From the sequence record JN673056: 64,000 nucleotides of DNA; one strand, 5' to 3'. The translations under genes and the position numbers were made by a program. The notes under the pieces were generated by a model. It saw only the letters and a list, made by a program, of their open reading frames with translations, was not told the origin of the DNA and did no database searches. Numbering within the stretch: position 1 is the stretch's first letter; each line of letters opens with the position of its first letter. The DNA is from Escherichia phage PhaxI. Shown piece by piece: positions 27,733 through 37,456 of this stretch.

Positions 27733-30120
27733 TTATTTCAGACTAATCTGAAGATTACCACCCAGCGATTGTTCATATTCACTGTATGCACTATCACCAT
27801 TACTCATAGCCCATTCGTCGGATTGGCGAGCGCGTTCAAGAGTCATGAGATTTGGCTCGGTAGGATTATAGCCTTTAGATTTCGCGTCGTTGTATACCGT
27901 TTGCAGGTATTGGTTGGCACGGTTGATCTGATCCTTGAATTCACGATATGCTCCTTCGGTCGTATTGCGACGGAAAGTGATATCCCAGGCAACATTCAGA
28001 ACTGTACCATTACTGGCTGTGTATACCTGCCAATCCAGATCTCGTCCATTAGGAGCGCTATCACGAATGGATCCGGCATAGGTGGCCAGATCGCCTGCAT
28101 TCTTACCACCAGCGACCTGATCTTTCGCCCGAGCCAAAGCATCAATGACTGCCGTGCGGTTTTTGGACTGTGCCAGATCTTTGTCTTGGAACATAATTGC
28201 ACCAAACTTACTGACGGTGATATCATTCAGGAACAGCTTGTTCGGGTTATAGTTTGATGAACCAAGATGGCTCAATTGAGCCGCAGCGTCTTTCAGGCGT
28301 TGTGAAGTCTCATTCAATGCATCTTGCACAGACTTGACAGATAACTGAATGTCATATCCGCTGCTATTGACTACATTTCGGCCATTTTCTGTCAGCATGG
28401 TCGTGATGTTGGCCTTATTACGATCGAAGTCGTAAGTCACGTTCGTAACGAACCGTGCGGCTTGCAGCTGGCTACCCGCAGGGAACTGGAAGTCCCAAGC
28501 CACAGAGAACCCATGAACGGTTTCACCAAATATCTTCGCATTGCTTGGGGCTTTCAGGTTCGCAGTGATGACAGCGTTATCACTGGAATTTGTGTTGATT
28601 TCGCCGAAGATAGTCTTCCCATCAGAAGACTGGACCATCAGAGTATCTTTGCTGCGCCAGTCATAACGAACAATAAACGTCGTTCGAGGGAACTCTTTTA
28701 TCAGATCGAGTTTGACTGCCTTACCCAGAGTAAATCGATTTAACAATGCATCGGCGATCTTCAAAGTAAACGAAATACAATCGACATAAGAATAACCCTG
28801 AGAACGGGAAACCTTTTGAATCGGGTATGGGGCACCGTTGATCGGAACAACACGACATTCCACTTCACCGTTGAACTGAGAATCAGCAGCACGGGATATC
28901 GCACTGACGATTTCAAAAGCAGCGTTTTTCACGTCGCCTTCCAGCATCAGCTGTTCATTGCCAGATAAATCAGAAACCACTTCTACAGAAAGTTTTCCGT
29001 TGACAATTCCCCAGAAATAAACCTGAATGTCCAGACCACCCGAAGTACGATATTTGCCCGCGCCGATTCGTGTTAGTTTCTCACCTGCATACATACCGAC
29101 CTGTTGTGGAGCATATGTGTCTACAATCCCCAGAAGGCGAGCAATATAACCCTGATTTCGTAAGTCATCCACAGATCCTGTTTTTGGCAAAGTCTGCATG
29201 TCTATTTTTCCAGAATCCCCCGTCATCTCTTTCCAGAAGATGGACGACTGCTTGGTGAAATCATTCAGAATATTCACAGGGATCTGCGGTAATCCCAGTT
29301 GGCGTACAATAGCGTCTGGGGATTGAGCGCGGATCCGTTTCTCGTTCATGATACTACCAGCATACACACCAGGTTCATTCGCGTGAGGTGCGATATTGGC
29401 GGTAATAGTCCGCCCACGTTCTTTACCAGACCAGACCAGCATAGGCTGAGTATGATCAGCTTTGGTCAGAATCCAGCGAGAATCGGCATTTATGGATTGG
29501 CTCAAATCATCCATGTCACCTTGTAGTGCGGCGTCACGAGCAGCCTGGTCAGGAACGTCACCGACTTTGTCTGGGTCGTCCCAAGTCACGCCTTTCATTT
29601 TCGGACCATCGAATACCTGAGCAGGATCCTTACCTTTACGCACAACCCATACGAATGCACGATCAGGGATAGGGGTATACGTCAGGTCCATGACATTGAG
29701 CTTCTGCTTCAGGCCGGACTGACGGATGATCTTCGGCAGGAGGGTAACACCACGTTCCAATGCTTTCTTGGAGAAGTTAATTGCAAAGCCGTCAATGGTT
29801 TTCCCCAAAGGCGTCGCCATGAATTGCTTTGTTGCTTCGATCATGGATGCGATGACACGCATTGGGTTTTTGAAACGACCGATTGCGTCTGGATAGGTCG
29901 AACCACGTTTCTGGCCTATGAAGACCTGACGAACGTTCTTGCCCAGCCCCTGCGGGGTATAAAATTGGATGCGGAATTCTTTTTCGTCTTCATCAACAAA
30001 TGTGAAGAAAATGTCACCAGCGTTCTTCTTACCGAATGTCAATTCATACGGGGATGAGTTAAACGCTTCGTCTAATTGTTTAGACTCTTCAAGAAAGTTC
30101 AAGAAAGATGGGATGGCCAT
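27733..30120 (-). CDS. Large hypothetical protein (795 aa)
   Basis: Long uninterrupted ORF; no catalytic motif recognised; shares a ~20-aa motif with the upstream 181-aa protein. Confidence 0.55.
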   Translation of the reverse strand: MAIPSFLNFLEESKQLDEAFNSSPYELTFGKKNAGDIFFTFVDEDEKEFRIQFYTPQGLGKNVRQVFIGQKRGSTYPDAIGRFKNPMRVIASMIEATKQFMATPLGKTIDGFAINFSKKALERGVTLLPKIIRQSGLKQKLNVMDLTYTPIPDRAFVWVVRKGKDPAQVFDGPKMKGVTWDDPDKVGDVPDQAARDAALQGDMDDLSQSINADSRWILTKADHTQPMLVWSGKERGRTITANIAPHANEPGVYAGSIMNEKRIRAQSPDAIVRQLGLPQIPVNILNDFTKQSSIFWKEMTGDSGKIDMQTLPKTGSVDDLRNQGYIARLLGIVDTYAPQQVGMYAGEKLTRIGAGKYRTSGGLDIQVYFWGIVNGKLSVEVVSDLSGNEQLMLEGDVKNAAFEIVSAISRAADSQFNGEVECRVVPINGAPYPIQKVSRSQGYSYVDCISFTLKIADALLNRFTLGKAVKLDLIKEFPRTTFIVRYDWRSKDTLMVQSSDGKTIFGEINTNSSDNAVITANLKAPSNAKIFGETVHGFSVAWDFQFPAGSQLQAARFVTNVTYDFDRNKANITTMLTENGRNVVNSSGYDIQLSVKSVQDALNETSQRLKDAAAQLSHLGSSNYNPNKLFLNDITVSKFGAIMFQDKDLAQSKNRTAVIDALARAKDQVAGGKNAGDLATYAGSIRDSAPNGRDLDWQVYTASNGTVLNVAWDITFRRNTTEGAYREFKDQINRANQYLQTVYNDAKSKGYNPTEPNLMTLERARQSDEWAMSNGDSAYSEYEQSLGGNLQISLK

Positions 30121-30198
30121 TGTAATTCTCCTGATTATAAAATCGGTGCGGTTTCCCTTAATTAGCGAAAAGAAAGGGATGCTAACACCCCTTTATTC

Positions 30199-30474
30199 TT
30201 AACGACGGAACGGGCGAGACGCGTTTTGGCGATTGTTGTAATTCTTATCAAATTGTGCCAACGCCGCCGGACTCCATTCGCGTTCCCATTCTTTGTCAAC
30301 TTCGGTTTGGTTGGCAGGTTCAATCATTTCAGCAGTAGGAAAATCGCGTTTCATAATTTCACGCAATTGTTCAGAAGGGGCGGTTTGGGCGTGGACTAAT
30401 TCTTCACCGTCGTAAACTTTGGCCATCAACCATTTGCTGCCGTAACGGATATATGCGTCGAGGATGATTTTCAT
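30199..30474 (-). CDS. Hypothetical protein
   Basis: Start set at MKIILD with the conserved CAGGAACTACATTATG initiation region. Confidence 0.4.
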   Translation of the reverse strand: MKIILDAYIRYGSKWLMAKVYDGEELVHAQTAPSEQLREIMKRDFPTAEMIEPANQTEVDKEWEREWSPAALAQFDKNYNNRQNASRPFRR

Positions 30475-30547
30475 AATGTAGTTCCTGCTTTTCAAGTTGG
30501 TGTCGTACTGCTTATGTTTAGAATTATACGTGGGTTATTGAAGAAGT

Positions 30548-30568
30548 AAAGGGGCTTTTGCCCCTTTT
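30548..30568 (-). terminator. Terminator hairpin followed by a TATAAT-like element
   Basis: aaaGGGGCttttGCCCCttt; on the minus strand it is followed by TATAATTCT and the RBS of the next gene. Confidence 0.5.
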
Positions 30569-30578
30569 ATTGAATATT

Positions 30579-31217
30579 TTAAGGTGTTGGATTGACAACG
30601 GGAATATGGAACCTGATTCCAGAGACAATGTCCTTCAGCTGAGGCTTCCAGCCGTCCACCAGGCGGGACAACGCGTTAGAACCAGGATAGACAATAATGA
30701 TGTCGCTTCCGGTTACATTATGTTGAGGGAATTGTGACATGTATTGCTCCATCGTCACCCCTGGGTCTATCAACACAGGACCGACATCCGAAGATGCATA
30801 TGTTGCCCCCAAACCGTCGACGCCCCATGCTAGTATTCCATAATCAGGAATATTGGCTTCAGAAGTTATGGTGAATCCGAAGATACGATTCAGCGCAGAA
30901 AAATCATACACGCCGTGAGCACTGTCATATGTCAGATAACCCTTTGACAGCATATCAGCGAATATCGCGTCTGTGTCACCAGTTGCCGGAGTCGGTATGG
31001 TAAACAATAACTCACCAGCAGGAGGGGATGGATACGTGCCGAGCGCATAAAGGCACCAAGCGTCAATGCATTTCTTGATGAATGCTTCAGGCGCGACATA
31101 ATCCGCAAGGCGCATTGTACCGGAATATTCTGAAGTAATGATCCCTTCCTTCGCGCCCTGAATGGCCAGAAATACCATTATGTGTTCATATCCGGTCTGA
31201 GATGGAGTGATATTCAT
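30579..31217 (-). CDS. Hypothetical protein
   Basis: 212-aa ORF. Confidence 0.45.
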   Translation of the reverse strand: MNITPSQTGYEHIMVFLAIQGAKEGIITSEYSGTMRLADYVAPEAFIKKCIDAWCLYALGTYPSPPAGELLFTIPTPATGDTDAIFADMLSKGYLTYDSAHGVYDFSALNRIFGFTITSEANIPDYGILAWGVDGLGATYASSDVGPVLIDPGVTMEQYMSQFPQHNVTGSDIIIVYPGSNALSRLVDGWKPQLKDIVSGIRFHIPVVNPTP

Positions 31218-31834
31218 TATCTGGTCCTCTTGAGTTTCTCAATCGTGCGCTTATTCATGGCGATCACTCCTGGGTCGACCTTTGGGTTTATTGCCATGCC
31301 TTTGAAAGACACACATCGTTGAAGATATTTAGCCTTCTTCACGACGTCGGCTGCATAAGAATTGGATTTCTGGTTACGATTGAACCCAGCATTGTAAGAG
31401 GAAAGGGATTTGCGGATGTTTTGGTTGTGATATTCTAGCCAGAAATTCATTTCATCAAGGGCAGCATTGGCAGCATATTCTTGATTGACCAGTAATTTGA
31501 TCGCGACATTGGCGTAACACTTCTGTGTTTTGCATCCCTCCCGTTTCCCGACGGTTTGGACGCGATTTTGAAATGCCCCCATATTAGCCGATTTGAGGTT
31601 ATTCCGCATGGATACAACATCTTCTCCGGCGCGGCTTTCCCTCCATGATATTGCGGCGAGGGTGAAACCAAGGTCTTGTTGTTTTCCCACGTGATAGGCT
31701 GTGGCCATGGTTGAAAGTTGTTGATCAGAAAACCCATAATCACATTGGGTGGTACTTTGGGAAGCGTGCACACTCCCGCTGGCAATGGTAAAGGTCACGG
31801 ACAAGGCCATGGCCTTCAACGTTGTCATCGTCAT
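31217..31834 (-). CDS. Secreted lytic transglycosylase-like protein (SLT domain)
   Basis: N-terminal signal peptide MTMTTLKAMALSVTFTIASGSVHA; SWRESRAGED...NMGAFQ...SSYNAGFN fits the SLT ES...Q...AYNAG pattern. Confidence 0.55.
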   Translation of the reverse strand: MTMTTLKAMALSVTFTIASGSVHASQSTTQCDYGFSDQQLSTMATAYHVGKQQDLGFTLAAISWRESRAGEDVVSMRNNLKSANMGAFQNRVQTVGKREGCKTQKCYANVAIKLLVNQEYAANAALDEMNFWLEYHNQNIRKSLSSYNAGFNRNQKSNSYAADVVKKAKYLQRCVSFKGMAINPKVDPGVIAMNKRTIEKLKRTR

Positions 31835-31930
31835 GATGGCGTTCCTTATGTGTTTGTCGACTTGCAGCTCGCTGGAGCCTCCTGACAGGGTTAAAAGATA
31901 AAGGGCACGTGATATTTAGTGCCCTTCACC

Positions 31931-32215
31931 TTATTCGTAGATCAGATGGTATGATTCCTCGATGCATTCCAACCAACCGTAGACAAATTCCATAGGATCA
32001 TCCCAAGCTGTATTGGAAGCAATAGTGAAATTCCCGTCCAAGATTTGCATGTCAGTATATTTGTTGAAACCTAACACGGCATCAACGACTATTAAGCCAC
32101 CTTGCTCTAGATAACGCTTTGGGGTCAACGTCACCTGATAATGTTTGTTTCGCTGATTCCATAACTCGACAGCGATATCACAAGCAATCTGAATTTCATC
32201 TTTCTCTTCTGACAT
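31931..32215 (-). CDS. Hypothetical protein
   Basis: 94-aa ORF followed by a terminator hairpin (31902-31925). Confidence 0.4.
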   Translation of the reverse strand: MSEEKDEIQIACDIAVELWNQRNKHYQVTLTPKRYLEQGGLIVVDAVLGFNKYTDMQILDGNFTIASNTAWDDPMEFVYGWLECIEESYHLIYE

Positions 32216-32334
32216 ATGTTTGTCTCAAATATTCAGTAAAAGATTTACCCAACTTACGGAATAGTTTAATACGACCGATCACTTTGACGTAAACATCCCC
32301 GTGGCAGGGGCGTGGTTTACACCAGCACTAACCA

Positions 32335-32649
32335 TCATGTCATGTCCTCATAATTAGATAGATTGATCAGGAAGGACAGATTCCGGTCTTCGACAAGGTC
32401 AATTGCCTTGCGACTGCCCACAGCCTCACATGTCCAATACTTGTAATTCCCTGCGATCTTCATCGCCAAACGGATAACGCGCAGCTTCATCTGGTACTGG
32501 GCGACTTGGTAGCGGACACGCGTCTTCTTGCGCCAGCATTGATTCTCCGCTTTGTACTTGTAGAGGATCATCAGGCGAACGGCTTTGTACAGGCGCTTTT
32601 CAGCGCCCTTGGATTTCTTTGATACACGAATCAGGCTACCCATGATCAA
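32335..32649 (-). CDS. Hypothetical basic protein
   Basis: 104 aa, K/R-rich; ATGA overlap with the gp46 stop. Confidence 0.4.
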   Translation of the reverse strand: MIMGSLIRVSKKSKGAEKRLYKAVRLMILYKYKAENQCWRKKTRVRYQVAQYQMKLRVIRLAMKIAGNYKYWTCEAVGSRKAIDLVEDRNLSFLINLSNYEDMT

Positions 32650-34979
32650 TCCTTCTTAATCACTTCGGTCATGCCATTACGCAGACCATAACGAATGTTA
32701 TGTTGGAAATATTCTTGGAACTCCTGCTCACGCTGACTGATGACAAACAGATTGTTCCCACCAAATTTATGTTTCAGCATCTCGATGGATTCTTGAACCC
32801 CTCGCTCACTCATGTTTTCGAGTATCTCATCCAACACGAAGAGGTTACATTGTACAGACGCCTTCAGGTTAGCGACGTCCCGTAGGGCTAATGTCACAGC
32901 CAGATTGAGTCGGCTGCGTTGTCCTGTAGACAGGGAGAATATGCTTTGCCCTTTACGACCAGCAGCGCTCATGGTGATTTCAAATGTATCATCAACAGCA
33001 ATATCCAAGAACATATTGAGTGCTTCAAGATACTCGTTTATTTTACTATTGAGGAAAGGCAAATACAGACTGATAATTCGAGCCTTGGTCTGATCATCTT
33101 TTAGGAAGAACAGAAGATGGTTCAGTCTTGCAATTTCCTCATCCAACTCTACGCGCCGCGCATTCAGATCTTCCATTAATGCCGTGATGCGAGCGATCTC
33201 TTCTTCCAGGGCGTCAGTTGGTGTCGGCTTAACCGCCAATTTACGCTCTAAATCAGCAATGGATGCCTCCAGAGGGGCACGGCGTGATTTCAGGCTGGTG
33301 AGTTTATCAGCCGTGTCGTTGATACTCTTAGAGAGCTGCTCACGCGCTTGACGGATTGACGTCGTGATATCTTCGTAACGGGTGTCTACGGCCTTGAGGA
33401 CGTCGTTAATTTTGGACTGTTGTTCCCGCTGTAAAGATGTTTTCTCAACAGCAGCGACATCATAGAATCCTTGGATGTCGCGTTTTAATGTAGCGATCGC
33501 CGATTCCGCTTCTCGAATTTCATTGCGCAAAGCATCCAGTTCTTTGTCAACAACCGAAATCTGAGAAGATAATTCTGAATCTCTGACATTGTAATTCTCA
33601 ATCAGGGAATTCACTTCTTCTAGGGCTGTATCAACCTGAAGAATCTTGTCAGTCAGTTCACTGATTTGTGGATAATATTGACTTTCAATGCGTGATTTGG
33701 TATCGTCCGACACTAATTGCGTACACGTAGGGCAAGTGCCCATATCGTGGAAACGTTTGATGGCAGATTCATGGCCTTCCATTTCTGTGACGAATTTGAA
33801 ACGGAAGTTCTCTCCCTGTTGACGCCGCGCCAACGCTTTATTCAGTTCGTCGAGATTAGCATTCCTCTGACCGACTAGTTCGTTTTTGCGTTCTGCGACC
33901 ACCGCCATTCTTTCGCGGATTTCTTGTAACGACCTTTCGCCGTCGGATACTTCTATGTGTTCATAATCTTCAGCCTTGGTATCGGCTTCATCCTGAACTG
34001 CTTGGATTTTGGCCGCATACTCTTCATTGATGGCATCGATATCCCCTTTCATTTCGGCATTCAGGCGATTACGGACTTCTGATAATTCTGATTCCAATTT
34101 AGAGTCTTGAGCACGGGACTCTGTCAGTTGTTCCTGCACTGCGCCGATATCTGAATTCAGGCTATTCAGACGTTCCTTCTCTTGGACAAGGATATCCGCA
34201 GATTGTTGCTGGATCATCGCATTGGAATTATTGATCTGTTCCAACTGCGCTTGCTGGCCTTTTAAATTTACATCATGAAAGGCGTAATCATTGGTGACCG
34301 TCGTGAGTTCATTCGTTACTGTCTTGATAGATGCTTTTACATCTTCATTCATCAGACTGAAGAACCCCAAATCCCAGATTGTCTCTACCATAGCGCGACG
34401 GTCGGCAGTGTACATTTCCGTGAATGGGATGAACTTCTCTTTGCCTAGAACCAGGGAGTTCTCAAACATCTTCTGGTCTACGCCAATCAGGTTCACAATA
34501 TATTTGTTCATGTCGGCTTTGGCCGCATCATTCACGACCTGCTTCCACTCACCGTCTACCATCTGATAGACTTCTACGAAATCAGGTTTGATATCACGAC
34601 GGACTTTCCATTCACTTCCTCGAGTGGAGAACTCAACTTCACCCACGCATTCCTTTTTGTTTTGGGAATTGACTAATCCGGCTTTCTTTTCTTTCTTGCT
34701 ATATGTGTCATTATACAGAACGAAGAACAGCAGCCAGACAAGCATGGTGGATTTACCAGCGCCATTGTCATCGGATGTAACCAAGGTTGCCGAATTGCGT
34801 TGGTAATCAATTTCCATGAATTCATTACCGATGGAACGGAAGTTTTTAGCGCGACCGCGATGGAATGTCAGTTTGTGGGTAATTTCCCCACGGATTTCAA
34901 ATGGTGCTTCAACAGAAACAGGAGTGTCCGCTTCTTTCAGAAGGGAACCGAATTTAGACAGTAGATCTACATTGCTCAT
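32646..34979 (-). CDS. 46: Recombination endonuclease subunit gp46 (Rad50/SbcC-like ATPase)
   Basis: Walker A GAGKST, zinc hook CPTC, ABC signature LSTGQRSRLNLAV, Walker B LFVLDE, long coiled-coil middle. Confidence 0.9.
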   Translation of the reverse strand: MSNVDLLSKFGSLLKEADTPVSVEAPFEIRGEITHKLTFHRGRAKNFRSIGNEFMEIDYQRNSATLVTSDDNGAGKSTMLVWLLFFVLYNDTYSKKEKKAGLVNSQNKKECVGEVEFSTRGSEWKVRRDIKPDFVEVYQMVDGEWKQVVNDAAKADMNKYIVNLIGVDQKMFENSLVLGKEKFIPFTEMYTADRRAMVETIWDLGFFSLMNEDVKASIKTVTNELTTVTNDYAFHDVNLKGQQAQLEQINNSNAMIQQQSADILVQEKERLNSLNSDIGAVQEQLTESRAQDSKLESELSEVRNRLNAEMKGDIDAINEEYAAKIQAVQDEADTKAEDYEHIEVSDGERSLQEIRERMAVVAERKNELVGQRNANLDELNKALARRQQGENFRFKFVTEMEGHESAIKRFHDMGTCPTCTQLVSDDTKSRIESQYYPQISELTDKILQVDTALEEVNSLIENYNVRDSELSSQISVVDKELDALRNEIREAESAIATLKRDIQGFYDVAAVEKTSLQREQQSKINDVLKAVDTRYEDITTSIRQAREQLSKSINDTADKLTSLKSRRAPLEASIADLERKLAVKPTPTDALEEEIARITALMEDLNARRVELDEEIARLNHLLFFLKDDQTKARIISLYLPFLNSKINEYLEALNMFLDIAVDDTFEITMSAAGRKGQSIFSLSTGQRSRLNLAVTLALRDVANLKASVQCNLFVLDEILENMSERGVQESIEMLKHKFGGNNLFVISQREQEFQEYFQHNIRYGLRNGMTEVIKKD

Positions 34980-34981
34980 TA

Positions 34982-36097
34982 TTATGCATCCAATGTGTTC
35001 AGGCGTTGTTGGGCAGCATTATAGAATTGTTCTGCTAATTTGCAAACATTTTCAGGGCGCTGGATATTATTGGCGGCGCGGATATCTTTCTTCAAGACTT
35101 CCACCGCATCAGTAGCCACCATCTCTTCAGTGACTTCTACCTTCTCGGAAGCAACAGTAATCGTCCGATCGATGAAGTTGTAATCGATGCATTTACAGCG
35201 CTTCAATGCGTCACAGAACTTTTCATAATGCTTGGCATTGTCACGGTTCTGTACAATCACCTTAACGATTTGCCCTTCAATACCCAAAACATTGTTTAAC
35301 CAATCGGGGTCGATCCAATTACCTTCAGTATCAGAAGACATTTGGGTGTAGTCGTATTCCACGAACCGGAACAACGTTTGTTGTTCGTTGTTGGGGATAA
35401 ACAATTCCCCGCCATTCATGTCGTCTACATAGAATCCTCGGTTCGTCCCGTCTTTGTGGTCTTCCCAGGTAAGGTGATAAGGAGTCCCAATATACTGAAT
35501 GTTACCTTCCATCGAACGGGTATGGAAATGTCCGGTATCCACGCGCTCGAATTTCGAAAGGAGCGCCAAGTCGATCTGACCTTTATCACATACAGAGGAC
35601 TGGTACATTTTGAACCCTGCCAACTCCAGATGCGCAAAACAGTACTTGGCGTCTGTATCTTGTATCGCTTTAATGGACGCATCATAGTTCTCTTTGTTAA
35701 TCCACGGCAGTAGGAGGGTCTTGACACCTTCAATCATTACTTCAGTTGGTTCGCTGTAATAATGATAAACCTCCGGTGCCAATTCATTAAGATAAGAAGG
35801 CCAGTTAATACGATTGGACTCTTCTAACGTGATATCATGGTTGCCGACGATGCCATTCCATTTAATACCTGCTTTGCGCAGCGCTGGCGTCAATTCATCT
35901 TTCAACCAATCTTTATCGCGACCATACATGAATTTGCGAACATCAAACGTATCACCAAATTGCCACACTTCTTTAATATCGGCGTCAACCAATTCTGGAA
36001 TAAAATAATTGATGAGATAATTCTTTATGAATTCTCGAACGTAACGGGAACCATTACGGCTCCCGATATGTAAATCGCCAATTTTAGCAATCGCCAT
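34982..36097 (-). CDS. 47: Recombination endonuclease subunit gp47 (Mre11/SbcD-like phosphoesterase)
   Basis: Phosphoesterase motifs IGDLHIG, GNHD, GHFH; immediately upstream of gp46. Confidence 0.9.
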   Translation of the reverse strand: MAIAKIGDLHIGSRNGSRYVREFIKNYLINYFIPELVDADIKEVWQFGDTFDVRKFMYGRDKDWLKDELTPALRKAGIKWNGIVGNHDITLEESNRINWPSYLNELAPEVYHYYSEPTEVMIEGVKTLLLPWINKENYDASIKAIQDTDAKYCFAHLELAGFKMYQSSVCDKGQIDLALLSKFERVDTGHFHTRSMEGNIQYIGTPYHLTWEDHKDGTNRGFYVDDMNGGELFIPNNEQQTLFRFVEYDYTQMSSDTEGNWIDPDWLNNVLGIEGQIVKVIVQNRDNAKHYEKFCDALKRCKCIDYNFIDRTITVASEKVEVTEEMVATDAVEVLKKDIRAANNIQRPENVCKLAEQFYNAAQQRLNTLDA

Positions 36098-36890
36098 TAT
36101 TTTGTTGCTCCCGTTCTAATGCTCGTTTCTTTGCTTCTTCCCAATCTGGTTCCATAGAACATATTTCGTCTTCCAGATTGAATTGAGTAGAGCCGAAGTC
36201 ATAGTCTGAATTATCTTCGGCGTCGGCGGTAATGGTATTTTCACTCTTTGTGAGACATTGAAGTATACCGCGAGGAATTTTCTTATTCTTTTCCTCTTCT
36301 TTGATGGCGATTTGCTTTTGGCGTTCCTTTTCGCGCTGGGCTTCTTTCTTAGTTTCAAAATTTCCGATACGCTCACGAAAGTCCATTGTTATACCAGTGC
36401 TGTCTACGAATGTCTGTTGCTGGAAGTCTGGGTCATCTGATAATGCAGCGAAACCACCTGCTTCTTCAAATGAACGCAACTTGATATAATTGTGTTCTTC
36501 TTCACTGGTGAGTTTCTTGGCGAATGAACGATCGGCGCACATCGTTACCCAAGAGAAGAAATTGATTTTTCCTTTCTTGCCGATATGACTGACGTCAAAT
36601 GTATGGAGGTAACGAAGGATGTTGACAACGGCCTCACTGACCATGTCTTCGCGGTATGGATAATCACGATAGTTGTAGCGCATACTCATGTTCTTAATAA
36701 TCATCTGAACATTCATGGCCACATAATTGGGGATTCTTGGTAGGGGTGTTCCTTCGGCCAAAGCCTTTTTGCGAGCCGGAATCCAATCTCTCAATATTCC
36801 AACAACACGGTCATTATCTTCGTCTGTGAAATATTTGGTGACGTTATCACCCCTGTCTACAAAATTCATACCCATCGTGATAATCCTCAA
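36084..36890 (-). CDS. 55: Late-transcription sigma factor gp55-like, with C-terminal extension
   Basis: Region NVQMIIKNMSMRYNYRDYPYREDMVSEAVVNILRYLHTFD resembles the T4 gp55 core (..LSKRFNFSGY...EMIADGIEASIKGLHNFD); 268 aa with a Lys/Glu-rich tail. Confidence 0.55.
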   Translation of the reverse strand: MRIITMGMNFVDRGDNVTKYFTDEDNDRVVGILRDWIPARKKALAEGTPLPRIPNYVAMNVQMIIKNMSMRYNYRDYPYREDMVSEAVVNILRYLHTFDVSHIGKKGKINFFSWVTMCADRSFAKKLTSEEEHNYIKLRSFEEAGGFAALSDDPDFQQQTFVDSTGITMDFRERIGNFETKKEAQREKERQKQIAIKEEEKNKKIPRGILQCLTKSENTITADAEDNSDYDFGSTQFNLEDEICSMEPDWEEAKKRALEREQQNNGDC

Positions 36891-37429
36891 ATACCAATGA
36901 ATTCATTGAAAGAACCAACGACTTTCTTGACCGAGAAACGGTTATTTTCAAGAACCATTGAACTATCTTCTTTGGCTCTAACGCTCCACTGATCCGCAAT
37001 TTCGTTGCCCATCGTTCCTGCATGACCTTTCACCCATTTTAATTCAAGTTCACAAATTGAACAAACTTTGTCATAATAATCGAACAACTCGAGCAGAAGT
37101 TCTGTGTTCTTAGGCGGCATTCCTTCATATTCCCATTTACGACGCCACTCCAAAACGCTATTGATAACATATTGGCTGTCGGATATAATGCGGGCTGGGG
37201 GAATGCAGCGTTCACCGCAATTAGAGAATTTCCATAGGATCTTCATCGCGTTTATAACCCCGAGTAACTCAGCTATATTGTTCGTTGACGGCGGGGGTAA
37301 ATACCCATAAAACACTTTCCATTGCTCTCCAGTGATTGGACTGATGGCAAATGCCCAACCAGCGGCTCGTGTCTTCTGAGGGGATGATGCCCCGTCAGTG
37401 TATATTTCAATCATGTATAAGTATCCCAA
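36887..37429 (-). CDS. Ribonuclease HI
   Basis: MIEIYTDGAS...NIAELLGVINAM...ISDSQYVI: canonical RNase HI motifs. Confidence 0.8.
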   Translation of the reverse strand: MGYLYMIEIYTDGASSPQKTRAAGWAFAISPITGEQWKVFYGYLPPPSTNNIAELLGVINAMKILWKFSNCGERCIPPARIISDSQYVINSVLEWRRKWEYEGMPPKNTELLLELFDYYDKVCSICELELKWVKGHAGTMGNEIADQWSVRAKEDSSMVLENNRFSVKKVVGSFNEFIGI

Positions 37430-37456
37430 ACTGGTTTTATCGATGAGGAACGAATC

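Noticed and set aside
27136-30120. Idea that the two motif-sharing proteins are Alt/Mod-like ADP-ribosyltransferases
   Set aside because: No convincing R / S-T-S / E-x-E triad could be located; left as unknown
17928-30495. N-terminal extensions reading M(K/N)SRNYIM on several track ORFs
   Set aside because: They arise from upstream in-frame TTG/GTG codons that translate the conserved AGGAAyTAyATCATG ribosome-binding region itself; the downstream ATG is taken as the start
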